Source: Peptococcaceae bacterium UBA5318 (lineage in GTDB: Bacteria > Bacillota > Peptococcia > DRI-13 > UBA5318). Taken from it: a DNA stretch of 64,000 nucleotides. A program made the translations under genes and the position numbers. Shown in pieces: positions 1 through 8,723 of this stretch. Under the pieces are notes generated by a model, which worked only from the letters and a program-made list of their open reading frames with translations, was not told where the DNA came from and made no database searches. The stretch spans positions 19,921-83,920 of the forward strand of contig DHRG01000062.1 of the NCBI GenBank assembly GCA_002408285.1, given 5' to 3'. The first letter of the stretch is position 1; every line of letters starts with the position of its first letter.

Positions 1-1701
1 ATCCTTGCCGAAGGATTGGCAATCGGCAAAACGGTCAATGCGGGAAAAAGCCGTTTTCAGCGGGAAAAAGGCTATGCTAGCGATGTGGATTACCGCCAGG
101 AAATGAAAGAAAAGGGCGAAATGGTCTGGGGCATCATCATGGGCTTGTCAAGTGTGGATGAACAGGTTAAAGGCATGGAATATCTCTATGAGTTCGGGAA
201 ACGTACCGGTAAGGAAATTGACTTATTATTTGTTATTGCCAATATGCTTACCGGTCTGCCCCGTAATTTACGGGAAAAAGCTCCTAAAGGCACAAGTTTT
301 GTCTTTGATAAGCCGGAGGATTGGCAACGGATGGCGGAAGCGGCGCCTATCTCCGTTTGTTTTGGCGATTTCCATTTAGGCTCGCCAAACAGTTTGGAAA
401 ACACTATCCGTGCTGTGGAATACGGATCTTCCTATAACGGAGTGCTGTCCCAAATATCATGGGATTTTCCGTTTTACAATAATGACCTCGAGTTTGTTTC
501 GTCGGTGCTAAAAGCCTTGGGTGTGCTGGCCTCCAAATGGGATGAAAAATATGTTGTCAACACCTATTACGATGACGGCATTCCGGGTTATTTCATGGAT
601 TATGCTTCCTATCTGGGCTATGGCATGTTTGAGAGGTACATCGTCACGGATTTATGCGGCGTGCGCTATTCGGCAAGCTATGGTCAGCTTATGAGCATGC
701 CGGCCCAGAAAACAGCTTTTACTATGGCTTGTGCCAAGGTGTTTGATCTGCCGGATCAACCGGGCGTAAATTATGTTTACTCTAATGCTATAGATCATTG
801 GGACCATGATATTGAAGCCAACTACGGTATTTCGCTGCAGGAATATTTAATGCTGATTTTAGCCAATAAAAAATACCATATCGGCTGCCGAATCGAAACG
901 ATACCTATCACTGAGAAGATCGCCGTACCTACGCCGGAAGCTATTGCCAATATGCAGGCCGCGGCCCAGCGTTTGGAAGAAAAAACCGAACAATGGGAGC
1001 GTATGATGGACTTCAGTTGGTGTGAGGAAATGCGTGACTTACTGATAGAAAAAGGAACACAGTTCTTCAACAACATACTTAAGGGGTTGCAGGAAGCTGG
1101 CCTGGATACCAAAGACCCTCTGCAAATGCTCATGATTCTGCGCCGGATAGACGCCATCAAGATGGAGAAAATTTTTCATCCCAGCATCCGTGAGAATGCG
1201 GACGGCGCGTTCACACCATATGTGCCGACTACCATGGGGCAGCAATGCCAGGAAATAAAAGATGGTATTGTGCAGGAAATGCTGGACGCGGGTTATTCCG
1301 GAAAGCTTTCCGGCAAGCGGATCGTCGTGGTTTCGGCGGACGCCCACTACTACGGTTCTTTTGTGGTATGCAACGTGCTTTCAGCTTTGGGCGCCGACGT
1401 GGTGAACGGCGGCGTGGACTTTGATACCGTGGATGTGCTTGATTTGGCTGAGGAAGAAGACCCGGATTATGTTTGCATCAGCGTGCACAACGGCCAGGCC
1501 TTGGACTTTGCCAAGCAATTGATGGAGCTGTCCCGAGAGCGTCCCAAGCAATACCCGGTTTTTATGGGCGGTAAGCTGAACGGCATTTTACCCGGCGCAA
1601 CGGAACCGACGGATGTTTCTTACCTGGTCAGCGAAATGGGCGTGACAGCTTGCCAATCCTTGCAGGCCATGGTAGATTATTTGGCTAAGCCCCTGGTGTA
1701 A
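1..1701 (+). CDS. Cobalamin-binding enzyme, adenosylcobalamin mutase-like (5' partial)
   Basis: Frame is open from base 1. C-terminal B12-binding Rossmann motifs DxHxxG (SADAHYYG), SVHNG, FMGG. Upstream TEKIAVPTPEA resembles the E-x3-[IL]PT motif of glutamate and methylmalonyl-CoA mutase barrels. Confidence 0.8.
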   Translation: MLAEGLAIGKTVNAGKSRFQREKGYASDVDYRQEMKEKGEMVWGIIMGLSSVDEQVKGMEYLYEFGKRTGKEIDLLFVIANMLTGLPRNLREKAPKGTSFVFDKPEDWQRMAEAAPISVCFGDFHLGSPNSLENTIRAVEYGSSYNGVLSQISWDFPFYNNDLEFVSSVLKALGVLASKWDEKYVVNTYYDDGIPGYFMDYASYLGYGMFERYIVTDLCGVRYSASYGQLMSMPAQKTAFTMACAKVFDLPDQPGVNYVYSNAIDHWDHDIEANYGISLQEYLMLILANKKYHIGCRIETIPITEKIAVPTPEAIANMQAAAQRLEEKTEQWERMMDFSWCEEMRDLLIEKGTQFFNNILKGLQEAGLDTKDPLQMLMILRRIDAIKMEKIFHPSIRENADGAFTPYVPTTMGQQCQEIKDGIVQEMLDAGYSGKLSGKRIVVVSADAHYYGSFVVCNVLSALGADVVNGGVDFDTVDVLDLAEEEDPDYVCISVHNGQALDFAKQLMELSRERPKQYPVFMGGKLNGILPGATEPTDVSYLVSEMGVTACQSLQAMVDYLAKPLV

Positions 1702-1730
1702 AGAAATAGATTGAAATGGAGGATGATATA

Positions 1731-2792
1731 ATGTCGACGGGAGTAAAATTTGACGCGCAACAGGCTATTATGGAGCATCGGTTGAGTTATGGGAAAAAAG
1801 GTATTATTTGTGGTTTAGGTTCCGGAATCACTTGGGGTCTGCAGGGTATAATTTTCGCTATTGCGTTAACAATGTTTCCGTTTGTTTCTAGTACCTATAG
1901 CGCGATGGCCTTAGTTATAGCCGGTATAGTTGCGGCGGGTATGCACGATTTGTTTGCCGGCGGATGGGTAGCCCTGTACACTGTATGTACTGCGCGTAGG
2001 GCTGAATTTATCAGGACTCTAAAAACAAAACCCGGTAAGATGATCTTATTATGTACACTATTTGGCGGCCCTTTTGCGATGAGTTGTTATACGGTATCCC
2101 TTAATTATGTCGGCGTTACTTATGCGTTGGCTATGCAGGCGCTCTTTCCGGCAATCGGCGCAGTTTTAAGCGTCGTTGTACTTAAAGAAAAGCTGGTACC
2201 GCGCACTTGGGCCGGTATCTTTTGTGTAGTAATCGGCGCAGCTTTAGTTTCATATACTCCTCCGACGGGTGATGCGTATCCGAATTTTTACTTGGGTATT
2301 TTCCTCGCTTTTATAGCGGCTTGCGGATTTGCCGTGGATGGTATAATTGCAACTTATGCGATGGACATGATTGACCCCGAGATTTCTATCGCTATACGGC
2401 TAATGTGGTCTGGAATATTTATACTGGTTCTGCTTGTACCTGTAGCAGGTATTATTGGCGGAGCAGGTTTAGTTGGCTGGAAAATGCTCGCTGGTTTCTT
2501 TAGTTCAGCCGGAGCCCTGGCCGGATTATTGATAATTGCCGCAGCTTTTACGGGCGGTTTATGTTGGTTCTGTAATTATAAGGCTTTTAATATGGCCGGG
2601 GCGGCACGGGGTATGGCTTTAAACGTTACGTATTGCCTTTGGAGCGTCGGATTTGCGTGGTTATTCCAAAAAATGGGATTTTATAGTTATTCTATTACTT
2701 CAATTGCAATAGTGGGAGCTGTAGTTATACTTGTGGGTACTATTTTAGTAGTAGCGAATCCTAAGGAACTATTGCAATTAAGGAATAATTAA
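1731..2792 (+). CDS. DMT/EamA-family transporter
   Basis: About 10 hydrophobic segments in a two-repeat layout (LFPAIGAVLSVVVLKEKL); GGAGG RBS before ATG 1731. Confidence 0.85.
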   Translation: MSTGVKFDAQQAIMEHRLSYGKKGIICGLGSGITWGLQGIIFAIALTMFPFVSSTYSAMALVIAGIVAAGMHDLFAGGWVALYTVCTARRAEFIRTLKTKPGKMILLCTLFGGPFAMSCYTVSLNYVGVTYALAMQALFPAIGAVLSVVVLKEKLVPRTWAGIFCVVIGAALVSYTPPTGDAYPNFYLGIFLAFIAACGFAVDGIIATYAMDMIDPEISIAIRLMWSGIFILVLLVPVAGIIGGAGLVGWKMLAGFFSSAGALAGLLIIAAAFTGGLCWFCNYKAFNMAGAARGMALNVTYCLWSVGFAWLFQKMGFYSYSITSIAIVGAVVILVGTILVVANPKELLQLRNN

Positions 2793-2819
2793 TGAGGAAT
2801 AATTAATAAGGAGGATAAA

Positions 2820-3119
2820 ATGATGGCGGATCTGTTACCGTTGAAATTTCGAATTTTTGATTATATTTCTAAGGTTAAAGACGAGGTTATGATTGATGAT
2901 ATTCTTCGTGATCTTCAGAACGAATACGGGACGGAAAGACAATTCAAAAAATCAATGATTGCTTATCATCTTGATTCTTTAGTAGGAGTGAATATGATCC
3001 AGATAACAACGGCAGTTCTTAATACTGAAGGCGAGATAGAAATGAAGTATAAAATAACCGATTTTGGGTTAACAAAGGTCAAATATATTCCCATAAATAT
3101 GGCGGCTAAAAGGAAATAA
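2820..3119 (+). CDS. Small hypothetical protein, winged-helix-like
   Basis: AGGAGG RBS, 99 aa, ends YKITDFG as in wHTH wings; co-oriented with the DMT gene. Confidence 0.7.
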   Translation: MMADLLPLKFRIFDYISKVKDEVMIDDILRDLQNEYGTERQFKKSMIAYHLDSLVGVNMIQITTAVLNTEGEIEMKYKITDFGLTKVKYIPINMAAKRK

Positions 3120-3166
3120 AAGCGCAAGGCCGCAGGACCTTGCTTGGGCGGTTGATGACAATTTTA

Positions 3167-3210
3167 TTTAAACAGCTGGGATTAAAATAAATTAACCCCG
3201 GCTGTTTAAA
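3167..3210. terminator. Long inverted repeat, probable terminator or RNA-stabilising hairpin
   Basis: TTTAAACAGCTGGGATTAA-N6-TTAACCCCGGCTGTTTAAA. Confidence 0.5.
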
Positions 3211-3264
3211 TGTTTGTGAGTTATACAGCTTTTTGGCAACAATAGCTTGGCAGGAGGAAGAAAA

Positions 3265-5118
3265 ATGTCGCTTGTGCTGGGGATTGATACCGGTGGTACT
3301 TATACGGACGGCGTTATTGTAGACAATGTGACTAAAAAAATATTACGGAAAGCTAAAACACCCACCACCAAAGGGGATCTGACAATCGGAGTTCGCAACT
3401 GTATAAACGCGCTTGATTTTGTGGATTATGACAAGATTGATGTTGTTTCATTATCAACGACTTTAGCAACCAACGCTATTGTTGAAGGACGGGGATGTGA
3501 AGTTGGCCTGATTATAATAGGCCGTGAGCCGAAGGGAAAGCTGCCTACTGATAATTACGTTATTCTATTTGGGGAAACCGATATCAAAGGAAGGCATTTG
3601 TCAGATCTGAAAGAGGAAGAAATTTATGACGCAATTGAACATTTTAAAGGGAAAGTGGATGCTATTGCTATCTCTGGCTATTCAAGCGTCCGGAATCCAG
3701 AGCATGAACTGCGCGTTAAAAAAATAGTGTTGGAAAGATTAGCTCTTCCCGTAGTGTGCGCCCATGAACTTACTACTTCTTTAGGTTTTTATGAGCGCTC
3801 CGTTACCGCAGTATTAAACGCCAAACTTATTCCGATTATCAGCAACCTGCTTGAATCAATAAATATTGTGCTAAAAGAAAAAAACATCAAAGCGCCTGTG
3901 ATGATTGTTAAAAGTGACGGCAGCCTGATGAGCGAAGCATTATCCCGGGAAAAACCGATTGATACGGTTCTTTCCGGGCCGGCGGCCAGCATGATTGGAG
4001 GAGTATTCCTCACGGGTATTTCAGATGCAGTCGTTTTAGATATGGGAGGCACTACCACTGATATTGCGGTCATTAATAATCACACTGTTAAAATCAACCG
4101 GGAAGGCGCTTTGGTAGGAGGATGGCTTACCAGGGTCAAGGCGGCGGAGATATACACTTATGGCGTGGGAGGGGATAGCTGTCTTCAGCTTACCGCAAGC
4201 GGCCGATTGAAGGTGGGGCCGCAGAGAGTATTGCCCCTGTGTGTGCTGGGTTACAGCTATCCAGAACTGGTGAAGGAAATGAAGACCCATTTAGATAAAG
4301 ACTATAAGCTGCGGGTTTTTCAGGCTCCGGATAGTTTTTTGTTTCTCCGGCAGCCTAACGCCGGGTCATTGACTGATTTGGATAAGAATATTATAGAGCT
4401 TTTAAAGCAAGGCCCGCGAAGCTTGAATTATTTATGTAAACTATTTGATCGTGATGCGGATCTTTCAAGTTTGGAGCGCTTAGTCAGTCTGGGCGTCTTA
4501 GCAAGAGCATCGGTTACCCCGACTGATATTCTTCATGCCGCAGGGACTTATAACCGATGGGATCGGGAAGCGGCCAGGGTAGGGATAGAAATCCTTGCGG
4601 AACGAATGGGGAAAACCGTCGGCGAATTTATTGAAATAGCCTTGGATGCCGTTGTTAATGAAATCTGTCTTGCCTGCCTGCAAAGCATGATAAGGTACGA
4701 TAAAAAACCTATAGTGGCGGTCGGTGCACCGGTGCGGGCCTGGCTGGGCAAGGTTGCGGAAAAGCTTAACACGGAATTGATTATACCCGAACACTCAGAA
4801 GTTGCCAGTGCTGTCGGAGCGGCTACGGGGAAAATCGTGGAAACCATTAAAATAATAATCAGGCCTGGCGCAGGCCGCGTTGGTTTTGTTTTACATGCTC
4901 CATGGGAACGGAAATGTTACAATAACCTTGATGACGCTGTTGCTGATGCCTTGGCCGCAGGGAAAAAAAAGGCGGCCTATGCGGCGGAGAGAGCGGGAAC
5001 GAAAAATTACGAACTGATCCTCAAACGTGAAGATATTTATACGGATACGTATATGGCTAATGAAAAAGTATACATAGAAACCCGAATTGAAATTGCTGCG
5101 GCGGGGAATCCTGGCTGA
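3265..5118 (+). CDS. Hydantoinase/oxoprolinase-family (ASKHA ATPase fold) protein
   Basis: LGIDTGGTYTD, STTLATNAIVEG, TVLSGPAAS, DMGGTTTDIA, GVGGDS motifs; AGGAGG RBS before ATG 3265. Confidence 0.9.
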   Translation: MSLVLGIDTGGTYTDGVIVDNVTKKILRKAKTPTTKGDLTIGVRNCINALDFVDYDKIDVVSLSTTLATNAIVEGRGCEVGLIIIGREPKGKLPTDNYVILFGETDIKGRHLSDLKEEEIYDAIEHFKGKVDAIAISGYSSVRNPEHELRVKKIVLERLALPVVCAHELTTSLGFYERSVTAVLNAKLIPIISNLLESINIVLKEKNIKAPVMIVKSDGSLMSEALSREKPIDTVLSGPAASMIGGVFLTGISDAVVLDMGGTTTDIAVINNHTVKINREGALVGGWLTRVKAAEIYTYGVGGDSCLQLTASGRLKVGPQRVLPLCVLGYSYPELVKEMKTHLDKDYKLRVFQAPDSFLFLRQPNAGSLTDLDKNIIELLKQGPRSLNYLCKLFDRDADLSSLERLVSLGVLARASVTPTDILHAAGTYNRWDREAARVGIEILAERMGKTVGEFIEIALDAVVNEICLACLQSMIRYDKKPIVAVGAPVRAWLGKVAEKLNTELIIPEHSEVASAVGAATGKIVETIKIIIRPGAGRVGFVLHAPWERKCYNNLDDAVADALAAGKKKAAYAAERAGTKNYELILKREDIYTDTYMANEKVYIETRIEIAAAGNPG

Positions 5119-5146
5119 AAATGGAAATAAATCGCCGTTTATTGGC

Positions 5147-5175
5147 TTGCATAAAGTGATAACACCTGCTATAAT
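5147..5175 (+). promoter_or_regulatory. Sigma-A promoter with extended -10
   Basis: TTGCAT-N17-TATAAT, with TG one base upstream of the -10. Confidence 0.7.
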
Positions 5176-5183
5176 GAACTTAG

Positions 5184-5370
5184 GCACCATCCCTATAGTC
5201 AGCTTCAGTTTAAATAAAGAAAGCCCAAATACTAAAATCTCTTGTGTAAACTGTTTGAAGGGTTAATTAACTAAAAGGATGGGATCTTAAGGATTTGCAT
5301 ATGAATCGTTTCTTGTTTGTTTTCGGTTTTTCGTGTCATGGGAAAGTCAGAAAACTATAGGGATGGTTGC
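5184..5370 (+). ncRNA. Candidate structured small RNA (~185 nt, 6S-like rod)
   Basis: Perfect 14-bp end pairing ACCATCCCTATAGT (5186-5199) / ACTATAGGGATGGT (5354-5367), nested internal stems, promoter immediately upstream and terminator hairpin immediately downstream. Confidence 0.5.
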
Positions 5371-5374
5371 TTTA

Positions 5375-5405
5375 AAAGGGTTTCGTGAAAGCGAAACCCT
5401 TTGTT
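5375..5405 (+). terminator. Intrinsic terminator
   Basis: AAAGGGTTTCGT-GAAA-GCGAAACCCTTT followed by GTT. Confidence 0.65.
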
Positions 5406-5445
5406 CGTCGTATGCCAAGACGTTTGGTCTGCCAAGACATACAAC

Positions 5446-5474
5446 TTGACAACGCCGTCGTATTCAAGTATCAT
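5446..5474 (+). promoter_or_regulatory. Sigma-A promoter of tRNA-Ser
   Basis: TTGACA-N17-TATCAT ending 15 nt before the tRNA. Confidence 0.8.
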
Positions 5475-5489
5475 CATTTAGGAGACCGT

Positions 5490-5579
5490 GGAGAGATGAC
5501 CGAGCGGTTGAAGGTGCACGCCTGGAAAGCGTGTGTAGGGGTAACTCTACCCAGGGTTCGAATCCCTGTCTCTCCGCCA
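5490..5579 (+). tRNA. tRNA-Ser(GGA)
   Basis: GGAGAGA acceptor stem pairing with TCTCTCC, then GCCA; anticodon arm CACGC-CTGGAAA-GCGTG; long variable arm; GGTTCGAATCC T-loop; 90 nt. Confidence 0.97.
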
Positions 5580-5696
5580 TTTTACAAATGAAAAATAACG
5601 GGGCATGTCCCCGTTTTTCTTTCCAGGAAAAAGATATATAATAATCTTATCAAAACAATCATCAGCCTCTAAAATTTGCATCAGCTTATAAATTTT

Positions 5697-5966
5697 GACC
5701 GTGCTAGATGGGGAGGTAGCGGCGCCCTGTACCCGCAATCCGCTATAGCGGGATGGAATTCCTGCCCTGAGGAATGATCCTGTAAGGTCCGGCTTCGGTA
5801 AGTGGCAATGAAGATTGGGTCCTGCGCAACAGAAATTTGTGAACCCCGTCAGGTCCGGAAGGAAGCAGCGGTAAGCAAAAGCTTTTGTGTGCCGCAGGGT
5901 TGCCTGGTCAGAGCTAACTGCCGGGGTATCGCTTGGAGGGTTATATTCGAAGGCGGGTGCACGGTC
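5697..5966 (+). ncRNA. ffs: Signal recognition particle RNA, large Firmicute type
   Basis: GACCGTGC...GCACGGTC terminal helix, Alu-like 5' domain, helix-8 motif TCAGGTCCGGAAGGAAGCAGC; canonical position before dnaX. Confidence 0.96.
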
Positions 5967-5989
5967 AATTAATTTAATTATATTTATCT

Positions 5990-6018
5990 AAAGCGGCTTG
6001 CAGTGTAGGCCGTTTTTT
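5990..6018 (+). terminator. Intrinsic terminator after SRP RNA
   Basis: AAAGCGGCTTGCA-G-TGTAGGCCGTTT followed by T-tract. Confidence 0.6.
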
Positions 6019-6078
6019 GTGTATTCTTAATAGGAAACAAGAACATCTTATCGGTTTTTAAGGGAAGGAGGCAGCGGG

Positions 6079-7671
6079 TTGGGTTACCAAGCGTTATATC
6101 GAAAATGGCGTCCCCAGGACTTTGACGCCCTGGTAGGGCAGGAATATATTAGTCAGACCTTACGGAATGCCATCAGAAAAGAAAGAATAGCCCATGCCTA
6201 TTTGTTTGCCGGACCCAGGGGCACGGGAAAAACAAGTATGGCTAAAATCCTGGCTAAAACCGTAAACTGTTTAGCGCCTCAGGACGGGCAACCCTGCAAT
6301 GCTTGTATTAATTGCGAAAATATTACCGCCGGGAGATCCATGGATATTATGGAAATCGACGCCGCTTCCAACCGTGGGATTGATGAGATCAGGGAAATTC
6401 GGGAAAGAGTCCATTTCGTTCCCAGCCAGGGCCGTTATAAAGTGTATATTATTGACGAGGTCCATATGCTTACGATGGAAGCCTTCAACGCTCTTTTAAA
6501 GACGTTGGAGGAGCCGCCGGCCCACGTGATTTTTATTCTGGCGACTACGGAAGCGAATAAAATTCCCGCGACCATCATCTCCCGCTGTCAGCGTTTCGAT
6601 TTCCGCAGGATAGCGCCTGCGGCGATGGAGAAAAAACTGCTGGAGATATTAGAAGCTTCTCAAGCCGCCGCCGAAGACGGAGTCCTTGCCCTGATTGTTA
6701 AAAAGGCGGAAGGGGGCCTGCGGGACGCGATAAGTTTCCTGGATCAGTGCATTTCCTACAGCCAGGGCGCCATAACCATCCAGACGGCCTACGAGGCCTT
6801 GGGACTGGTCAAAAGCGAAGCCTTGCTCAGTCTGACGGAGAAAATAATCGCCAAAGACGCCGCGGGTCTTTTTGTACAGTTGAACGAATTATTGCGGAGC
6901 GGGGTTGAACCGGGACAGATCCTGCGCGATTTCCTGGAACATTTGCGGAATATGATCCTTCTTCTGGTGTGCGGTTTTGATTCCCAACTGGTGATCGCCG
7001 CCCATGAGGAAAAGGAACAAATGCTGGAGCAGGGAAAACAACTGGGGATAGCAAGACTTTCGCGTTTTATCGCCGTATTGTCTAAGGTGGATAGCGACAG
7101 CCGCTGGCGTCAGAATATGAGGATTGTCTTAGAAACTACGCTGGTGGGTCTAATCTACCAGGAGGAGCGGGAAACCATAGGTCAAAACGGGTCACGGAGA
7201 CCGGAGCCGGCCAAGGAGCCGGCCAAATTAAAAAGCAAACCGGCAAAACCGGTAGAAACGGCAGAAAAGGCAAAACCGGAAGGACCGGAAGAACTAGTAG
7301 AACCGGCGGAGGACGCCAAAAAGAGCGCTTCCGGCGTTTCCCTTGAACTAGTGAAAGAAAAGTGGCCGCAGATTATGGACTGTATAAAGGAAAGTAAAAA
7401 AACAGCCCATGCTTTCTTAACTGTTTGCGAACCGGCGGAAGTAAGAGGGGAAGAACTGGTGCTGCTGTTTAAAAGCGGATATACTTTTCATAAGGAAAAA
7501 GTGGAAGAGGGAGAGAACAGGAAAATCATCGAGGGTGTTTTGGAGAAAAACCTGGGGCGTCAATGCCGTATACTCTGCCGGATGGAAGAAGAAACAAATT
7601 CCGGCGGGGCGGATCCCGTACAAAAAGCGCTGGACCTTTTTGGGCCGGAAGTCGTTATTATAAAAGATTAA
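6079..7671 (+). CDS. dnaX: DNA polymerase III subunit gamma/tau
   Basis: YQALYRKWRPQ, GPRGTGKTS, Zn-binding Cys cluster, IIDEVHML, SRCQRF. Confidence 0.98.
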   Translation: MGYQALYRKWRPQDFDALVGQEYISQTLRNAIRKERIAHAYLFAGPRGTGKTSMAKILAKTVNCLAPQDGQPCNACINCENITAGRSMDIMEIDAASNRGIDEIREIRERVHFVPSQGRYKVYIIDEVHMLTMEAFNALLKTLEEPPAHVIFILATTEANKIPATIISRCQRFDFRRIAPAAMEKKLLEILEASQAAAEDGVLALIVKKAEGGLRDAISFLDQCISYSQGAITIQTAYEALGLVKSEALLSLTEKIIAKDAAGLFVQLNELLRSGVEPGQILRDFLEHLRNMILLLVCGFDSQLVIAAHEEKEQMLEQGKQLGIARLSRFIAVLSKVDSDSRWRQNMRIVLETTLVGLIYQEERETIGQNGSRRPEPAKEPAKLKSKPAKPVETAEKAKPEGPEELVEPAEDAKKSASGVSLELVKEKWPQIMDCIKESKKTAHAFLTVCEPAEVRGEELVLLFKSGYTFHKEKVEEGENRKIIEGVLEKNLGRQCRILCRMEEETNSGGADPVQKALDLFGPEVVIIKD

Positions 7672-7692
7672 ATTATAAGGAGGCTTATAATC

Positions 7693-8019
7693 ATGGGTTT
7701 CGGTAATATGGGGAACATGCAGAAGATGATGAAACAAGTGCAAAAAATGCAGGCGGATATGGTAAAAATGCAAGAAGAGATGGGAGAACGCACAATAGAA
7801 GTCAGCGCGGGCGGGGGCGCTGTAAAGATCGTTATGAGCGGAAAGCAGCAAGTCCGGGAGATCGCTATCGTTCCGGAAGCGCTGAATCCCGAAGAGGCGG
7901 AAATCCTGCAGGATATGTTAATGGCCGCTTTCAATGAGGCGGTGCGCAAATCACAGGAAATGGTAACTCAGGAAATGAATAAAATCACGGGCGGCGTGAA
8001 AATCCCGGGTATGTTTTAG
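7693..8019 (+). CDS. ybaB: YbaB/EbfC nucleoid-associated protein
   Basis: MMKQVQKMQ...SAGGGAV...LQDML; lies between dnaX and recR. Confidence 0.95.
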   Translation: MGFGNMGNMQKMMKQVQKMQADMVKMQEEMGERTIEVSAGGGAVKIVMSGKQQVREIAIVPEALNPEEAEILQDMLMAAFNEAVRKSQEMVTQEMNKITGGVKIPGMF

Positions 8020-8022
8020 ACG

Positions 8023-8628
8023 ATGTATCAATACGCTGCGTCATTAACCAAACTGATCGAGCAATTTGCCCGCTTGCCGGGCATAGGACCGAAAACAGCC
8101 CAGCGTCTGGCTTTTTATGTCTTAAACATGCCGCGGCTGCAGGTAGAGGAATTTGCGAAGGTTCTGGTAGAAGTCAAGGAAACCGTTAAGACTTGTCCCG
8201 CCTGCTGTAATTTAACGGATGTTGTGCCATGCCGGCTTTGCGGCGACGAGTCCAGGGACCGTTCCCTTATTTGCGTGGTGGAGGACGCCCAGGATGTGAT
8301 CGCTATTGAAAGGACGCGTGAATTCAAGGGGCTTTACCATGTTTTGCAGGGGACGATTTCCCCTATGGAAGGAAAGGGCCCGGATGATTTAAGGATCAGA
8401 GAATTGTTACAGCGTTTGCGTAATGAAGAAATTGCGGAATTGATTATTGCTACGAATCCTGATGTGGAGGGGGAAACCACAGCCTTTTATCTGGCTAAAT
8501 TGTTCAAACCGATGGGTATTAAAATTACCCGGATCGCTCATGGGCTTCCGGTGGGGGGCGAGCTTGAATACGCTGATACGGCCACCCTGACCCGGGCGAT
8601 GAGCGGACGCAGGGAAATGAATATATGA
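8023..8628 (+). CDS. recR: Recombination mediator RecR
   Basis: [13 protein letters not shown] HhH, C4 Zn finger, Toprim ATNPDVEGE. Confidence 0.98.
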   Translation: MYQYAASLTKLIEQFARLPGIGPKTAQRLAFYVLNMPRLQVEEFAKVLVEVKETVKTCPACCNLTDVVPCRLCGDESRDRSLICVVEDAQDVIAIERTREFKGLYHVLQGTISPMEGKGPDDLRIRELLQRLRNEEIAELIIATNPDVEGETTAFYLAKLFKPMGIKITRIAHGLPVGGELEYADTATLTRAMSGRREMNI

Positions 8629-8723
8629 AACCTTGTGAGTGAACCGCAAGGTTTTCTTTTTTTTGGTCTTCTTTTAATAGGGTTTGGGTAGAATATAGAA
8701 AAATACCATTGGGGTGGACGACA

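Noticed and set aside
5385-5738. ORFs 5385-5591 (+) and 5547-5738 (-)
   Set aside because: They overlap the tRNA-Ser and SRP RNA genes and are spurious translations.
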